DNA of 61,421 bases from the IMG/VR virus record IMGVR_UViG_3300048606_000068, positions 1 through 61,421 of that record; one strand, 5' to 3'. Shown in pieces: positions 48,050 through 56,293 of this stretch. Under the pieces are notes generated by a model. The model saw nothing but the letters and a program-made list of their open reading frames with translations. It had not been told where the DNA came from and did no database searches. Position numbers and translations under genes: made by a program. Each line of letters opens with the position of its first letter. Position 1 is the stretch's first letter. Source of the DNA: a virus. Taxonomy: Duplodnaviria > Caudoviricetes.

Positions 48050-48095
48050 TGCTTGACAGGCAGTTCGACAGTCCGTAATGTTCTGCCTGTCAGCA
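48040..48095 (+). promoter_or_regulatory. Early promoter with operator
   Basis: TTGACA(48053)-17-TAATGT(48076)-TCTGCCTGTCAGCA; operator 48040-58. Confidence 0.85.
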
Positions 48096-48119
48096 GCACT
48101 CAGTGAGAGGACCGGAACC

Positions 48120-48821
48120 ATGAACGCTCAGACCTTCGGAAACGGCGACGCACAGGCCCGCGTGGAAGCGCGCTATGCCGACGTCGACTGGGCCGCCGAG
48201 CACCAGGCGCAGATCGAGCGGAACCAGGCTGAGCACTACGTGATCAACGGGGGCGTCAGGTACGACGTACCGCAGGAGCCGAAGACGGCCACCGTCACCC
48301 CGATCAAGGTCGCGACGGACAAGGCGATCAGTTTCCTGATCGACCTGAGCCGTGAGCGCTTCCCGGACGTCCAGCCGATCGAGATCCGCAAGTGGGCGGC
48401 GAGCGTGCACTGGTCCGAGGTCAGCGCCAAGATCGACTGGCTGAAGACCCAGCCGAAGGTTTTCCTTCAGGCCACGGGTAACTCCGGGATCGGCACCGAT
48501 ACCCACGCGGACATCCCCGAGGGCCGGTACGCCGTCACCGGCGAGCGCGGCCAGACCGTGTTCGTCAAGGTGACCATCGGCCAGCGCGCTCCCTTCGAGG
48601 GCCGGACCTTCGTGAACGTCCAGGCCGGCGACGAGCTGCACCGGGTCTCCCCGACCGCCCGTGACGCGCTCCTGGCCAAGATCGAGGCGGACGGCCCCGA
48701 GGCGGCCAGCAGGCGCTACGGCCGGGAGATCGGCGACTGTGGCCGCTGTGGGCGCACTCTGACCGACGAGGTCAGCCGCGCTGCCGGTATCGGCCCTGTG
48801 TGCGCGGCGAAGGGCTGGTGA
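48120..48821 (+). CDS. DUF6011-like Zn-finger protein
   Basis: CGRCGRTLTDEVSRAAGIGPVC. Confidence 0.8.
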   Translation: MNAQTFGNGDAQARVEARYADVDWAAEHQAQIERNQAEHYVINGGVRYDVPQEPKTATVTPIKVATDKAISFLIDLSRERFPDVQPIEIRKWAASVHWSEVSAKIDWLKTQPKVFLQATGNSGIGTDTHADIPEGRYAVTGERGQTVFVKVTIGQRAPFEGRTFVNVQAGDELHRVSPTARDALLAKIEADGPEAASRRYGREIGDCGRCGRTLTDEVSRAAGIGPVCAAKGW

Positions 48822-48827
48822 GCGGGG

Positions 48828-49079
48828 ATGCGATCGGTCCGGCGGTACGACGAATGCGTCCGCCGGACCGTCCTGCTGGAAATCGAGCTGTTCGGCAAGG
48901 TGCTCTCGACGTCGCTCCAGCAGGACTGCGAGCATCAGCCGGAGACGTTCGTCCGGATGTTCGGCTACACGACTCGTGACGGCCGGCGCGGAGAGCACTA
49001 CACCGGCTGTGGCCGATGCCGTTTGCGCCTCTCTCCCGAAGTACCTGCCGTTCCGCTGGGATGGCAGACAGCCCCCTAG
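48828..49079 (+). CDS. Hypothetical protein
   Basis: 83 aa, CEH...CGRC. Confidence 0.55.
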   Translation: MRSVRRYDECVRRTVLLEIELFGKVLSTSLQQDCEHQPETFVRMFGYTTRDGRRGEHYTGCGRCRLRLSPEVPAVPLGWQTAP

Positions 49080-49081
49080 AG

Positions 49082-49240
49082 CTGGCCGGGTCCGTCCCTC
49101 ACTGCGGACCCGGCCAGGCAGTCTCCAGTCGAAGCCGTAGGGGCGTCCGCGAAGCGCCTTGAACTCCTGGAGAGGGCCGGACCTCCGCTCCAACGGAACC
49201 GGCCAAGCCCCTGACTCTGCGGGAACAGAGTTGGGGGCTT
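49082..49240. other. Four consecutive stem-loops (candidate ncRNA or structured DNA site)
   Basis: Stems 49082-117, 49122-173, 49175-204, 49205-240 in non-coding DNA. Confidence 0.5.
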
Positions 49241-49327
49241 CTGTCGTGTAGTGCTTGCTAAGCTGTCCCAAGGGCTTAGGACAAGTCCTTATGTATAACT
49301 TTGTACTTATAGGACGGGGAGGCGACC

Positions 49328-49846
49328 GTGGGTAAACCAGGCTGGCAGATGACCCCAGCGGAGCGCGCTGAGTCGCGTAACCGGCACGAGGCGTACTCCG
49401 AGCAGGTCCTGGACATGTTCGCCCGTGGGGAGACGTTCCGGGCGATCGAGCGGGCTACCGGCGTACCGAGATCAACCGCTCAGCACATGGTCGGTCGGCT
49501 GAGCGCCGAGTACGTGGAACAGCACTACGGCGACCGTACGACCGTCCTCGGGCGCGAGCTGCACATCCTCGACTCCCTCACCCGGAAGAATCTGAAGCGG
49601 GCGCAGGAGGGCGACGAGAGCGCGGCGCGGATCGTCCTGGCCAGCCACGTACGCCGCAGCAAGCTCCTCGGGCTCGACGCGGCCGTCCGGGCGGAGATCA
49701 CCGTCAAGACCGCGCAGGACATCGAAATCGAGCGCCTGGTGGGTCTCATGAACTCGCAGGGGTCCGAGGGGCTCTACGCCTCTGAAAGCTCGGCAGACGT
49801 CGGCTCAGCCTCAGCCTCAGCCTCAGCAGGAGGCGATTCTCAGTGA
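49328..49846 (+). CDS. Putative terminase small subunit
   Basis: N-terminal HTH, RRSKLLGLDA motif, upstream of TerL. Confidence 0.7.
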   Translation: MGKPGWQMTPAERAESRNRHEAYSEQVLDMFARGETFRAIERATGVPRSTAQHMVGRLSAEYVEQHYGDRTTVLGRELHILDSLTRKNLKRAQEGDESAARIVLASHVRRSKLLGLDAAVRAEITVKTAQDIEIERLVGLMNSQGSEGLYASESSADVGSASASASAGGDSQ

Positions 49847-50013
49847 AGGTCGGATACCACCTGGCTTCAGCACCGGGCTATACCTCGACGGCCTACCTGA
49901 GCGATGAGCCGGACATCCACGGCCGGTACTCCGGGTTCGATAAGCACACAGACGAACCAGTCACCGTCTACTGGGACGAAGACGGCCAGGAATGGACGGA
50001 GATCCCCGAATGA
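49843..50013 (+). CDS. Hypothetical protein (56 aa, not in ORF track)
   Basis: GTGA and ATGA overlaps at both ends; GGAGG RBS. Confidence 0.65.
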   Translation: MKVGYHLASAPGYTSTAYLSDEPDIHGRYSGFDKHTDEPVTVYWDEDGQEWTEIPE

Positions 50014-50432
50014 GCGCCCCGAGCACCGGCGATCTTCTGGCGTTGCTGACCAAATGGGCCAGCTTCGAAGGGGTCTCCAGCAACCCCGGTGACACCGAAG
50101 ACGACGCGTTCGCGAACGGTACGGAGTGGGGGCTACGGATGGCCTCGCGCGATCTCGCTGCGCTACTGACGTCGTACGGCGAGGATCCGGCTCGGCGCGA
50201 TCTACTCGCGAAACAGCCCAAGCCAATGCTGCCAGTCAGCCCGTCTCGCGGCATGCTCTACCCGCCGCCAGCCCCTGAGGGCTGGAAGCTGATCGCGCCG
50301 TCAGAAGCGAAGCCGGGTGATGGCGTGTACCGCGTCGGCTTCGGAGTGGCCTTGCTCGGGCCGATGATGTTCGACCCCATCCCGATCGAGGCTCGCCGCC
50401 AGCTGTGGGCCGTACGGCGAGTGGAAGGGTGA
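50010..50432 (+). CDS. Hypothetical protein
   Basis: Coupled ORF. Confidence 0.65.
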   Translation: MSAPSTGDLLALLTKWASFEGVSSNPGDTEDDAFANGTEWGLRMASRDLAALLTSYGEDPARRDLLAKQPKPMLPVSPSRGMLYPPPAPEGWKLIAPSEAKPGDGVYRVGFGVALLGPMMFDPIPIEARRQLWAVRRVEG

Positions 50433-50590
50433 ACGGCCGGGAGATCGTCTCCGAGATGATGCGTACCCGCATGTACCCGGAACTGATCCTGGAGCTGGAA
50501 CTACGCTTGATGGCTGAAGCTGAGTCCAGCGAACCTCCGATCTGGATCCCGATGCACAGCGGCATGTGGCTGGTGGAGTGCAAGACGTGA
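50429..50590 (+). CDS. Hypothetical protein
   Basis: Coupled ORF. Confidence 0.55.
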   Translation: MNGREIVSEMMRTRMYPELILELELRLMAEAESSEPPIWIPMHSGMWLVECKT

Positions 50591-52194
50591 GTCTCGATCT
50601 CGCGCTGCCGGCGGACTGGCGTTGCTGGGACGAGTCCAGCAAAGAGCGTCTGTTGGCCCGGCTGCGCGCAGAGCTGATCATCCAGCAGAAGCAGCAGACC
50701 TTCTGCACCGACCGCACGCCGTCCGATCTGGCCGCACGTCTGCTCGGCGACCGCTGGCACCACCGCAGCTATCACGATGTGCTCGACCAGCTGGCCCTGG
50801 ATCTCGACGCCCGCGTGATCGACATGGCCACGCTGAGCATGCCGCCGCAGACCGGGAAGTCCAGCTGGGTCAACTGGTTCGTGTTCTGGTGGAACGCCCG
50901 CCACCCCGAAGAGCCGATCATCCGGATGAGCTACGCCGCCGAGCTGGCTGTGAGTCACGCGCACGTCGTGCAGCAATATATCGAGCAGTACGGCGGCGAG
51001 TTCGGATTGCTGCCAGAGAAGGGCTCCTGGGCTCAGCACAACTGGAAGACCAAGACCGGCGCAGCCCTGCGCTCCGGTGGCATGATCACCGGCGTCTCCG
51101 GCTATCCGGCCGTCCTGATGCTGCTCGACGATCCGCTGGCCGGCCGTGCACAGGCAGACAGCAAGCTCATTCGGGACAACGTCTGGAAGGAATACTCAGG
51201 CTCTCTCGTGAGCCGTACGCGGCCGGGCGGAGTCACGCTGATGGTAGCGACCCGATGGCACGAGGACGACCCGATCGGCCGCCTGATCAAGCTGCACGGT
51301 GACGAGGCCAAGGGCGGCCGGGTGCGCGTCATCAACCTGCCCGCGATCGCCGGTGAGGATGACGTCTTGGGCCGGGCCGTCGGCGAGCCGCTGCCTCACC
51401 CCTGGATCGCTGAGGGCGACAAAGCAGCTGCCCTGGCGCACTGGGAGGACAAGCGCCGATCCAGCACACAACGCGACTGGTTCAGCCTGTACCAGGGCGA
51501 CCCGAAGCCGATCGAGGGCGCGTTGCTGACTGAGGAGCAGGTTGCGGCCGCCACATGGCGCGAGCAGGAGCTGCCGGAGTTCGTCAAGACCGTCGTGTCG
51601 ATCGACCCGTCTGGTGGTGGCCGTGACGTGGCCGGCATCATCGGCGCGGGGCTGATGGAGGACGGCCGGCTGATCTGGACCCACGATCGGTCAGCTCAGA
51701 TGGGCTCGGACGAGTGGACCCACGCTGCCTGTGTTCTCGCCCATGAGATCGACGCGAACGAGATCGTCTATGAGAAAAACTACGGCGGCGATACGGCGAA
51801 GTTCCTGCTGCGCTCGGTGTGGAACAGCCTGTCTGAGGAGGCCATAGAGAACGGTGAAGAGGAGTGGGGTCCGTGCCCGCGAATCGTCATGGTCAACGCG
51901 AAGAAAGGCAAGCGGGTAAGGGCTGAGCCGATCTCGGTACAGGTTGCCCTGGGCAAGGTTCTCTTCTGGGGTCTCTTCGTGCTGAACCTGAGCAGCGAGT
52001 GGACGACTTGGCAAGAGGACAGCAAAGAATCTCCCGGCCGGATCGACGCATCGTGCTATGCCGCTTACCGCTGCCTGAAGATCCCGGGTGCTGACAGTGT
52101 CGTGTCGACGGGAACGGCGGAGACGCCGAAGCAGGGCACCGGTAAGAGTGCCCTGGCTTCGAAGCGGGTCGTACGACCATCCGCCGGCCGCTAG
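50587..52194 (+). CDS. terL: Terminase large subunit
   Basis: MPPQTGKS Walker A, LLDDP Walker B, TRWHEDD, SIDPS, EKNYGG, SPGRIDA. Confidence 0.93.
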   Translation: MSLDLALPADWRCWDESSKERLLARLRAELIIQQKQQTFCTDRTPSDLAARLLGDRWHHRSYHDVLDQLALDLDARVIDMATLSMPPQTGKSSWVNWFVFWWNARHPEEPIIRMSYAAELAVSHAHVVQQYIEQYGGEFGLLPEKGSWAQHNWKTKTGAALRSGGMITGVSGYPAVLMLLDDPLAGRAQADSKLIRDNVWKEYSGSLVSRTRPGGVTLMVATRWHEDDPIGRLIKLHGDEAKGGRVRVINLPAIAGEDDVLGRAVGEPLPHPWIAEGDKAAALAHWEDKRRSSTQRDWFSLYQGDPKPIEGALLTEEQVAAATWREQELPEFVKTVVSIDPSGGGRDVAGIIGAGLMEDGRLIWTHDRSAQMGSDEWTHAACVLAHEIDANEIVYEKNYGGDTAKFLLRSVWNSLSEEAIENGEEEWGPCPRIVMVNAKKGKRVRAEPISVQVALGKVLFWGLFVLNLSSEWTTWQEDSKESPGRIDASCYAAYRCLKIPGADSVVSTGTAETPKQGTGKSALASKRVVRPSAGR

Positions 52195-52580
52195 TTGTTG
52201 GCGGGGTTGCGCTCACAGTCCCTGCGGTGATTCTCCAGCCCAGTGCCGTTCTGGTCACACCCAGGACAGTCGCGTTCAGCTAGCCGTCTCTTGCGAGCTG
52301 CGTCGACGGCTTCGCGAAGAGCGCTGACAAGATCGACGATGGGGCTTGCGGGTTCCTGTGTCGGCTTGACGTCCCTGGAGGTTCCCAGCCCTTCGGCGAT
52401 GTCCAGCAGGCCAGCTGCCAACTCGCGCAGGTCTTCGGCGGTCACATCCTTGATCAGCAGGGTCGTGCCGTTGCTGTGCTGCGACCTGTCGTAATCGAAG
52501 CCCTGCACGTTGATCGCCACGGACGGCTCACGGTTCTCGGATCGGTAGAGAACGGCGTCCAGACCTCGATCGGTCGCCAT
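52191..52580 (-). CDS. Hypothetical protein
   Basis: 129 aa; includes VDLVSALREAV. Confidence 0.7.
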   Translation of the reverse strand: MATDRGLDAVLYRSENREPSVAINVQGFDYDRSQHSNGTTLLIKDVTAEDLRELAAGLLDIAEGLGTSRDVKPTQEPASPIVDLVSALREAVDAARKRRLAERDCPGCDQNGTGLENHRRDCERNPANN

Positions 52581-52960
52581 CAGTCCTCATCCGATTCCCA
52601 GCGGCGCATCACAACGAGGACACCGCTGGAGCCGCCACCCTGCCGGCGAGCGGAATAGGTGTCCCAGTCTGGTTGCGTCTGTCGGGCAAGTCGCTCCGCA
52701 CACTCCAGCTGTTCGGCATAGGGGATCCCGTTCAGCTCAGCCCGCGAGTAGATGATCGAGTCGTTGATCATCTGCTTGCCGATCCGATCGAGCTGGCTAG
52801 CAATCTCGCCTTCCAGCCGGACGGAGCCGCCCTTCAGCATGTCCCAGAGCTGTTCGGGGTTCAGCCGAAACCTGACCATAGTGACGCCTGAGATCGTGTC
52901 TTCGACACGGATGTTGAGGCCGTCTTGGTTCTGACCGGATTCGATCCTGAGTTCGGGCAT
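52580..52960 (-). CDS. Hypothetical protein
   Basis: AAAGG RBS after promoter. Confidence 0.75.
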   Translation of the reverse strand: MPELRIESGQNQDGLNIRVEDTISGVTMVRFRLNPEQLWDMLKGGSVRLEGEIASQLDRIGKQMINDSIIYSRAELNGIPYAEQLECAERLARQTQPDWDTYSARRQGGGSSGVLVVMRRWESDED

Positions 52961-52984
52961 GAGCCTTTCCTTTCTACGGGACGC

Positions 52985-53026
52985 GCTGACAGGTAGAACA
53001 GTACAGCACATCTACCCGCCGAGCAA
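52985..53026 (-). promoter_or_regulatory. Early promoter
   Basis: TTGCTC-17-TACTGT-TCTACCTGTCAGC, close copy of 12224-66. Confidence 0.75.
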
Positions 53027-53344
53027 GGCTTTCAGCTGGTCGGCCATGTCGCGATACGCCGCGCGGGCCAGGTGGTTGTGCTCGAAGTCGCCGGCTTGCT
53101 CCCGCGCGTAGATCTCCAGTCTCAGGATCTCGCTCTCGATCGCGCGGCTGGCCCGACGTACCTCGTCCATCGCGGACTGGAAGCGCTCAGCTGCCTCACG
53201 GACATTGCTGGTAGGGACCAGGGGCTGAGCCAGGTCGTACGTCAGTGGACGTTCACCGCAATCCAGGCAGTAACCGGGGTTGTTGGCTGACGTTGTCGCG
53301 CGATGCCCGGGGTACTTCCGCGCGTGCTCGCTGGCCCAGCTCAT
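53012..53344 (-). CDS. Hypothetical protein
   Basis: 110 aa. Confidence 0.7.
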   Translation of the reverse strand: MSWASEHARKYPGHRATTSANNPGYCLDCGERPLTYDLAQPLVPTSNVREAAERFQSAMDEVRRASRAIESEILRLEIYAREQAGDFEHNHLARAAYRDMADQLKALLGG

Positions 53345-54123
53345 CGGTTGACCTCGGCAACGATCCGGGCCGTGTAGAACGCAGCCCAGGCATCACAGCC
53401 GGTGTTGTCCCCGAGAGTGGGCGTGACACTGGAGGTGGGGTGGGTGCCGTCGGGGAGGATGTACGCGGCGATGCGGGAAGGTTTCTGGGCCAGGAAGGCG
53501 AACCAGTCGGCGGTCGGCAGGCCGGACGCCATGATCTGCTGGTTCACCCAGCCGGTGTTCCGTAGGTCCGGGACCTTCGTGCTGACCCGGCCGACGTACA
53601 CCGAGCCCCACAGGAGCCGTGCCTCGATCGTCTTCATGCGCTCGATCTGCCCGGCCATGACAGGGGGACTCATCACGTCGTTGGTCCCCGTCGACATCGC
53701 GACCAGCTTGAACGTATCCGGCAGCCAGATCCGTGAGTACGACAGAACCCGCGTGACGGTGGGCTCGGTCGGCCGTCCGGTCCAGTAGTCGAACACGACG
53801 GACAGTCCCGCAGCTGCGAGCCGGGGCCGTAGGTAGAACCGGCAGCGGTAGACGATGCTGTCACCGGCGACCAGGACATCGGCGGTGGCCGGATCTCCGT
53901 CGACGCCGTGTGTTCCAGCCGCGTACGACCCGAGGCAGCCGGAGCCGTACAGGGTGCAGTCGCCGGTCGCCGTGGTCGCGATGGCCTGCTTCTGCGCCAG
54001 GTGCGGTATCGACTGCTTCGCCGTGGCGCTGGCCAGACTGAAATGCGTGTCGTTCGCTACCAGGCCGGCGGCGAACATGACGGCCGCAGCGAGTGACGCG
54101 ACGACCAGGGTCCTGAGTTTCAT
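53341..54123 (-). CDS. Secreted SGNH/GDSL-family esterase or O-acyltransferase domain
   Basis: Signal peptide MKLRTLVVASLAAAVMFAAG; GDSI, GTND, DGTHP blocks. Confidence 0.85.
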   Translation of the reverse strand: MKLRTLVVASLAAAVMFAAGLVANDTHFSLASATAKQSIPHLAQKQAIATTATGDCTLYGSGCLGSYAAGTHGVDGDPATADVLVAGDSIVYRCRFYLRPRLAAAGLSVVFDYWTGRPTEPTVTRVLSYSRIWLPDTFKLVAMSTGTNDVMSPPVMAGQIERMKTIEARLLWGSVYVGRVSTKVPDLRNTGWVNQQIMASGLPTADWFAFLAQKPSRIAAYILPDGTHPTSSVTPTLGDNTGCDAWAAFYTARIVAEVNR

Positions 54124-54237
54124 GTGCTCTCTTTCTTGTTGCTGTGGGCAATCAGTGAGTGAGGAGATGAACGACGAGATCATCGGCGTAGGTGCTCAGC
54201 CAGACCAGTACTAGGCAGCCGGCGAACAGTGCCAGCC

Positions 54238-54363
54238 TCACTCGTCGTCTCCGAGGTCGATCAGGTCATCCAGCGTCTCGCGCCGAGCCAGCAGAGTGAT
54301 GATCCCGTACAGGAAGACGGAAGCACCTGCCATCGCGACGCCGAACCACACCCAGCCGCTCAT
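54238..54363 (-). CDS. Small membrane protein (41 aa)
   Basis: Single TM helix, ATGA overlap. Confidence 0.6.
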   Translation of the reverse strand: MSGWVWFGVAMAGASVFLYGIITLLARRETLDDLIDLGDDE

Positions 54364-54593
54364 GAGGGGCTCACGGACATCAGGATGACTTCGCCGTCTT
54401 CGATGCTCTCCAGCGCGGTGCCGACCGAGACACAGGTTGACTCGTCCTCGAACATCCATTCGGCCACCCAGGACTCGTTCCGGCAGCGGCGGACGGCCCA
54501 CCGGCGTGCCTGATCCTCGTTCTCGGCGGCCAGGATCATGGCTTCCGGCTCCGAGTAGCCGGTCTCATTCCGTACCAGCTTCCACAGTTCCAC
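54360..54593 (-). CDS. Hypothetical protein
   Basis: GAGGGAG RBS after promoter. Confidence 0.7.
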   Translation of the reverse strand: MELWKLVRNETGYSEPEAMILAAENEDQARRWAVRRCRNESWVAEWMFEDESTCVSVGTALESIEDGEVILMSVSPS

Positions 54594-54611
54594 GGTCTCT
54601 CCCTCTCGTTG

Positions 54612-54720
54612 TGCTGACAGGTAAGACAGTACGGCTATCAAGATACGGTGTCAAGTAATACCTGTCGCGTTTCCCACTTGACCACTGATCTACACTGCCG
54701 TAATGTTCTACTTGTCAGCA
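54612..54720. promoter_or_regulatory. Divergent early promoters; the rightward one leads into the transfer module
   Basis: Minus TTGACA-17-TACTGT; plus TTGACC(54678)-17-TAATGT(54701)-TCTACTTGTCAGCA; operator 54649-67. Confidence 0.85.
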
Positions 54721-54743
54721 ACACCCGCAGAGAGGAACTCCCC

Positions 54744-54872
54744 ATGATGACCGGTGTCTACGCCACCAACCCGAAGCTGGCAGCCGACGTGGCCAAGGTT
54801 CGCACCGACAGGCTCGCGGCCAAGCGCGCCGAGCTGGCCGCCCGCCTGGCCAAGATGGCGGAGGCGAAGTGA
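54744..54872 (+). CDS. Small hypothetical protein
   Basis: GAGGA RBS, 42 aa. Confidence 0.65.
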   Translation: MMTGVYATNPKLAADVAKVRTDRLAAKRAELAARLAKMAEAK

Positions 54873-55096
54873 CCTGGCCGCCCGGCAAGTTCGCGTTGAT
54901 GACCTGCCGCTACGTCAACAGCCTGGAGCGGGAGTGCGGTCGTCCCGTCGGTAACCACGGCATGTGCGACTTCCACGCGGTGCTCGACGCCTTCGAAGGT
55001 CAATGGGCGCTGGACGATGTCGTCCTGCCCCGCTGCCGGCCCGACGTCGCCATACGCGTGCTGGTCGCGCTGACTCAGCAAGCGGTGAAAGCATGA
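54869..55096 (+). CDS. Hypothetical protein, Cys/His motif
   Basis: C...ECGRP...MCDFH. Confidence 0.6.
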   Translation: MTWPPGKFALMTCRYVNSLERECGRPVGNHGMCDFHAVLDAFEGQWALDDVVLPRCRPDVAIRVLVALTQQAVKA

Positions 55097-55185
55097 TCGC
55101 CGCATTGATCACGGCCTTCATCTCCGGCCTCGCGATCGGAAGCGGCCTAACGTCGATCTACATCTCGTCTCGGGGCAAGCGATGA
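55093..55185 (+). CDS. Tiny membrane protein (30 aa)
   Basis: ATGA overlaps at both ends, one TM helix. Confidence 0.55.
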   Translation: MIAALITAFISGLAIGSGLTSIYISSRGKR

Positions 55186-55439
55186 TCGCCCTGGCAGTAC
55201 TGCGCGGATTCTTCTCCGCCATCGGTCAGTTCCTGGGGCCACTGCTGGCCCGCAGGCACGGACGCCACGGTCATCGCTGTCACTGCAAGAGCAAGCCCAA
55301 CGCGGCCTACCCCGGTGATCAGTGGCGCTGCCCGCAGTGCGCACAGATCTACGTGGCTGAGATCTACAGCGGTCGCGTGTGCTGGCTGGTCCGCCTGTAT
55401 GCCCCCACTTACAAGCTCCCTGAAAGGCGGTCCTCGTGA
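55182..55439 (+). CDS. Hypothetical Zn-ribbon protein
   Basis: HRCHC...WRCPQC. Confidence 0.6.
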   Translation: MIALAVLRGFFSAIGQFLGPLLARRHGRHGHRCHCKSKPNAAYPGDQWRCPQCAQIYVAEIYSGRVCWLVRLYAPTYKLPERRSS

Positions 55440-56293
55440 TGACCCCCAAGTCCGGCCGTGTTATCGCGTGGCTGTCGTTTCTGCTGGGGATCGGCGTCTC
55501 GATCGCGGGCAACGTCGGCCACGCGGCCAGCGACGGCATGAAGCCGGGCGAGTGGGCCGGCGCTGCCTTCTGGCCGCTCGCGCTCATGCTCACGATCGAG
55601 ATCCTGACCCGGGTCAACTGGCAGCCTGGCAAGCGCTGGACTGCTGCCCGTATCGCCGGCCTGATCCTCGTCGCAGCCGTCGCCGCGATCCTGTCGTACC
55701 GGCACCTGGCCGGGCTGATGACCTACTGGGGCGAGGACTGGGCCAACGCCCACCTCGGTCCGCTCGCCGTGGACGGCCTGATGCTGGTCGCCGCGACGGC
55801 GCTGTTGTCGATCAGCCACGAGAGCAAGCTGCCGATCGAGTGGCAGGGCACGCCCGAGGAGATCAGCGCGAAGGCGTTCGAGCGTGGCGCGCATGCCGAG
55901 CGAGTAGGAGCGGAAGCCCTGGCGGAGTTCAAAGAGAACCTTCCCGCACCCGGCAGCCTTCCCTGGGATGACCCGAAGGCTGATCCGGTGGCGGACCTTC
56001 AGGCAGCCAAAGAGCGGTACGCACAGACGTACGACGTTCATCCGGGAGCAGTTGCCGTTGACGTGCCGGAAGCTCTCCAGCAGTTCGCCGAGCCGAAGCC
56101 CGAACCGCAGAAGCTTCACATCGTGAACAGGGTCTCCGCGTCGGTCTCCGAGGAAGCAGCACTCCAGGCCTGGATCGACTCCGGCCGGACCATGTCCTCC
56201 AGCCAGGTAGCCGAAATGATCGGTACCTCGAAGTCGACGGCGCACCGGCGTATGAAGACCTGGCCCTCCGAGGGAAGGCGTATCCAGCGATGA
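55436..56293 (+). CDS. DUF2637/SpdA-like membrane protein with C-terminal HTH
   Basis: Four TM helices, SIAGNVGHA, AAILSYRHL, GPLAVDGLM; C-terminal SSSQVAEMIGTSKSTAHRR. Confidence 0.8.
   Translation: MMTPKSGRVIAWLSFLLGIGVSIAGNVGHAASDGMKPGEWAGAAFWPLALMLTIEILTRVNWQPGKRWTAARIAGLILVAAVAAILSYRHLAGLMTYWGEDWANAHLGPLAVDGLMLVAATALLSISHESKLPIEWQGTPEEISAKAFERGAHAERVGAEALAEFKENLPAPGSLPWDDPKADPVADLQAAKERYAQTYDVHPGAVAVDVPEALQQFAEPKPEPQKLHIVNRVSASVSEEAALQAWIDSGRTMSSSQVAEMIGTSKSTAHRRMKTWPSEGRRIQR

Noticed and set aside
49803-49827. (GCCTCA)n tandem repeat; also EEPEGETPA and collagen duplications
   Set aside because: Short in-frame low-complexity coding repeats with no sign of a separate function.
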